A program made the translations under genes and the position numbers. The notes beneath the pieces are model-generated. The model saw nothing but the letters and a program-made list of their open reading frames with translations. It did no database searches and was not told the origin of the DNA. From an uncultured Proteiniphilum sp. (GTDB taxonomy: Bacteria > Bacteroidota > Bacteroidia > Bacteroidales > Dysgonomonadaceae): DNA of 64,000 bases. Shown piece after piece: positions 60,718 to 64,000 of the stretch; positions within the stretch are counted from its first letter, which is position 1, and every line of letters begins with the position of its first letter. The stretch spans positions 28,516-92,515 of the forward strand of contig CAZAFR010000003.1 in NCBI GenBank assembly GCA_964484665.1, given 5' to 3'.

Positions 60718-61419
60718 ATGAAAAGATATGTAATTATTTTCGCTATTTTCTCTTGCATAATACTATCAGTACAAGCACAGGAAAACTTTTTCGATGCTCC
60801 TGATTTTAGACAAATAGAGCGTAATATAAAAGAACCTACTTCCTCATTTTATTATCCAAATCTAATGAAAAAATATATGAATGGAGATAATAAAATAACA
60901 CGTGATGAAAGTAGACACCTCTATTTCGGTTATGTGTATCAACAAAGCTATGAACCGACTGATACTTCTTCTTATAACAATTTGTTAGCTAAGACGCTTG
61001 CCAAAGGTGTTTTCACTTCTGCTGATTATAATGATATTTTACAATATTCTAGTGCACTCCTTCTTAAGGATCCATTTAACCTGAGAGCATTAAATGCTAA
61101 GCTTTTAGTATATGCTCAACAGGATGACTCTGAAGAGTATAAAAAAGTAGCACAACAGAGAAAAGTTGTACAGGATGCAATTGTGAGCACAGGGGACGGA
61201 ATGTCAGATGCAACTCCTTTTTATGTAATCAAAGTATCTCATGAGTACGATATACTACCCTTCTTAGGATACACTTATGGGGGAGTAGATAAAATCATTA
61301 AGAATAAAAAAGTAAATTATCTTTCTCTGGGCGAAAATCGCTTTGGTGTCGATAGGGTTTATTTTAATATTTCACCGGTGATTGATTATATTAGTTCACA
61401 TGGGGGAGGAAAAATGTAA
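60718..61419 (+). CDS. DUF4919-like secreted protein
   Basis: Signal peptide; YYPNLM..Y, HLYFGY, STGDG...TPFYVI..SHEY. Confidence 0.7.
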   Translation: MKRYVIIFAIFSCIILSVQAQENFFDAPDFRQIERNIKEPTSSFYYPNLMKKYMNGDNKITRDESRHLYFGYVYQQSYEPTDTSSYNNLLAKTLAKGVFTSADYNDILQYSSALLLKDPFNLRALNAKLLVYAQQDDSEEYKKVAQQRKVVQDAIVSTGDGMSDATPFYVIKVSHEYDILPFLGYTYGGVDKIIKNKKVNYLSLGENRFGVDRVYFNISPVIDYISSHGGGKM

Positions 61420-61440
61420 AACATACTCCATAAATAACTT

Positions 61441-61480
61441 AAAGCTCGCTTAACAAATAGTAAAGCGGGCTTTTTATTTT
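61441..61480. terminator. Bidirectional intrinsic terminator between convergent genes
   Basis: AAAGCTCGCTT / AAGCGGGCTTT stem followed by TTTATTTT. Confidence 0.8.
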
Positions 61481-62537
61481 AAAACCATTTTTTTCTTTTA
61501 AAATACCAGAGCATACCTATTACAATCAACAGCATCACTACCCATACAATAAAATATGCGTGCGGCATATGAAGTTCAGGCATATTATCAAAATTCATTC
61601 CGTACACACCAACGATAAAGGTAAGAGGTATAAATATTACTGAAAAAACTGTTAGAAGTGCCATAATGTCGTTCAGCTTGGTACTCATTGAAGAGTGATA
61701 AATATTTAACTCATCATACAAAATCTCGTGGTAATAATCCAGTAGTTCCACCGCTTGGTTTATGTTATCATGAAGCTCTTTAAAGTATTTATGATTTTTT
61801 GGAGGAATAAATTCACTATCCATCTTTACGAGGCTTGTAATCATTTCCCTAGCAGGTTTTATATAATGTCCAAGATCACTTAGTTCACGTTTATACAGGT
61901 TGATTACTTTCAACGTTCCTCTGTCAGGACTGAGAACCATTTTATTTTCTAACTCCTCAATTTTTTCACCATGAACGCCCAAAATAAAAATGTAATTATC
62001 AATTACTACATCAAGCAGAGCAAATGCCAGATAATCGGCTCCCATAGATCTGAATCTTTTATTATGCTTTTTAAGACGCTCTTTAACAGGATTAAACAGA
62101 CTACTTTCTTCTTCCTGAAAAGTAATCAGCCAATTATTTATCACTATGATGCTAAGATTATCTATTGACACCTCGTGCAGCAATTCGTCAAATTGCATCA
62201 TTTTGATTGATACAAAAAAGCCATTGTCAAACTCTTCCGTCTGTGGACGTGTCCCCGGTTCCATAACATCAGATAAAATCTCCGCAGGTATTTGTATACT
62301 ATCTGCAAGTTCAGCCATCAACTTCTCATTGTGTAATCCATCAATATTAAGCCAAATAAGTTTGTCTTCATATTGCTTAAGTTCTTCTACTGAATGAATT
62401 ATTATTTCCTGTGTATCTTCAGCATTGATATCAAAAACAGTCATCTGTACTTTCTTAGAACGATGCTGCCCTCGAAATTTTAATTCGTGAGGCGATAGCC
62501 CTATATCTTCCTTACGTTTTAGCGGTATCTTGACCAT
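61479..62537 (-). CDS. corA: Magnesium/cobalt transporter CorA
   Basis: WLNIDGLH, ADYLAFALLD, GVYGMNF, MPEL. Start placed at 62537. Confidence 0.96.
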   Translation of the reverse strand: MVKIPLKRKEDIGLSPHELKFRGQHRSKKVQMTVFDINAEDTQEIIIHSVEELKQYEDKLIWLNIDGLHNEKLMAELADSIQIPAEILSDVMEPGTRPQTEEFDNGFFVSIKMMQFDELLHEVSIDNLSIIVINNWLITFQEEESSLFNPVKERLKKHNKRFRSMGADYLAFALLDVVIDNYIFILGVHGEKIEELENKMVLSPDRGTLKVINLYKRELSDLGHYIKPAREMITSLVKMDSEFIPPKNHKYFKELHDNINQAVELLDYYHEILYDELNIYHSSMSTKLNDIMALLTVFSVIFIPLTFIVGVYGMNFDNMPELHMPHAYFIVWVVMLLIVIGMLWYFKRKKWF

Positions 62538-62691
62538 AATTAAGGGTTTACATTGTATTACGAAAAAATATGATGCAATATACAATTTTTATGTAACAAA
62601 CATTATTAGCTCAACAAAATAGTGATGATGTTGAGCTAACAAAAAAAACAGTATTTTCAAGAAAGAAATAGGTAAGATGATACCCGCAACC

Positions 62692-63828
62692 TTACTTATC
62701 AGTTAAGAAATTAACTGCTGACGAAAAAACTCTCTTAAATGCTGAATTTACTGCCGTTTTGTTGACACTATTAATAGGGAACGGATTTTCGTGCGAATAT
62801 GAAAAATCAAAATCTAGTAACTGAATATTTGCTTCACTGCTTGCTACACCTAATGCTTCACGTATACCTTTATATGGAATAACTGTATCTTTGGCAAGAG
62901 CTATTCCCTTTATCTTTTTGTCTAAAGATGTAAAGAAGTTTTCGCGTTCAGATTGATTTCTCTCCTGTGAAATCATACTAAAAAAGGCTTCAAAGGCATC
63001 ATCTTGCTGCCAGTTAGTACTTGTTTCATTATCAGTTTTCTCGTTTCCAAAGTAATGTATATAGTAATCCTGTATTTTTTCAAAAGCCGGCTTATCCATG
63101 ATACTCCTTGAAGTGCCTTGCATAGAGTTAAATATACTGCCACCACAGAACATAAAGAGTTTGGTGTTAGCGTAATAGTTTTTTTGATTTGCCATTAATG
63201 CAACTTGAGAAAGAAATGCACCTATTGAGTATGCAAATATGTCAATCTTGGTTCCTTCTTTAAAAAGAGGATGTTTGCCGGTTTTGATCTCCTCAAATAG
63301 AGTTGTAAGATCAGCCCATGTCTGTCTTCCCGAAATATAGAACCGCTCGGGGCGTTGACTCAAACGATTGCTTAATGCAACGTTTGCAAAGCTCATTGAA
63401 CGGTCATTGTTATATCTTTCTCTTCTAAAATTAAGCAGATTCATCATTGTCCTTGGATTTGACCATGACAATGGTGCACGGTTTATATGAAAAGCAATAG
63501 GAAAAAGTATTATCGGTTTCCCGCTGTTGTAACATAAATACTCTGCCCATGTCAAATATTTACTCCAGTTTCTTTCGTTTAAACCATGCAATAAAAGAAT
63601 TGCTTCACCATTATCATATTTGTTTCTTCCAGCCGGAGTAAACACAGGGTACTCAAAAGAGATATTCTCATATATAGAGTCATCTATTATCGTATAATCA
63701 TTCTTTACTTTAGTAGATTTGCTGTTGAAGTTGAAAAACTTCACATCTATGTTTGTCTCATCCAGATGAATATCTTTCCCTTGTTTAAAACATTTAGTTA
63801 ATTCGTTATACCTTTTACAATAATCCAT
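62692..63828 (-). CDS. DUF6051-like alpha/beta-hydrolase-fold protein
   Basis: LLLHGLNERNWSKY, FPIAFHINR, AYSIGA nucleophile-elbow-like motif, SHENPFP. Start placed at 63828. Confidence 0.75.
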   Translation of the reverse strand: MDYCKRYNELTKCFKQGKDIHLDETNIDVKFFNFNSKSTKVKNDYTIIDDSIYENISFEYPVFTPAGRNKYDNGEAILLLHGLNERNWSKYLTWAEYLCYNSGKPIILFPIAFHINRAPLSWSNPRTMMNLLNFRRERYNNDRSMSFANVALSNRLSQRPERFYISGRQTWADLTTLFEEIKTGKHPLFKEGTKIDIFAYSIGAFLSQVALMANQKNYYANTKLFMFCGGSIFNSMQGTSRSIMDKPAFEKIQDYYIHYFGNEKTDNETSTNWQQDDAFEAFFSMISQERNQSERENFFTSLDKKIKGIALAKDTVIPYKGIREALGVASSEANIQLLDFDFSYSHENPFPINSVNKTAVNSAFKRVFSSAVNFLTDK

Positions 63829-64000
63829 AATAAATGAGGTGTTCGTTCTATTCGATAAATTCAAAGAAACATACTTTTAAATATGATTACAAAAGGAAGG
63901 GAAAACCGCCTAAAAAATGTGGCTAAAATAAACATGTGGGGTGAAATCAGTTATACAGGGACGAAATTGTTTTGGTTTATCTTTAATAAAAATCTATTTT

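Noticed and set aside
62606-62639. 11-bp hairpin TTAGCTCAACA / TGTTGAGCTAA between DUF6051 and corA
   Set aside because: Probably a terminator or mRNA-stabilising stem, but with no correctly placed U-tract; the resemblance to the 18719 IR is limited to a few bases.

Overview
This is a 64-kb, AT-rich stretch of a Bacteroidales chromosome. TAnnTTTG promoter boxes, SusD, UpxY and the purA-fur synteny support that; a Dysgonomonadaceae-like host is my inference only. The left third is accessory. It holds (i) the 3' end of a polysaccharide utilisation locus (SusD, lipoprotein, GH42-like hydrolase, ROK kinase, MFS, UPF0309/NagS-like SIS protein); (ii) a Tat-exported Gfo/Idh/MocA oxidoreductase paired with a large HEAT-repeat/2xDUF1080 protein; (iii) a crcB remnant next to an 11-bp helically phased repeat array; (iv) an operon of solitary ECF S-component, short phosphoribosyltransferase, TonB receptor, Tat-DUF362 and NapH/NapF-like polyferredoxin; (v) an orphan TolC, a CE15 esterase with a 20-bp inverted repeat pair upstream, and a second ROK kinase; and (vi) debris of a polysaccharide locus (degenerate nucleotide-sugar dehydrogenase, acetyltransferase remnant, intact DegT-type aminotransferase, orphan upxY). 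A sharp C-rich to G-rich skew switch lies at about 22,530. The rest is mostly core genes (purA, fur, yidC, pyrG, aroC, parC, rpoZ, bamD, ispE, zupT, fabD, corA). I found no rRNA, tRNA, CRISPR array, transposase or integrase. All calls come from motif recognition by eye; no database searches were run.
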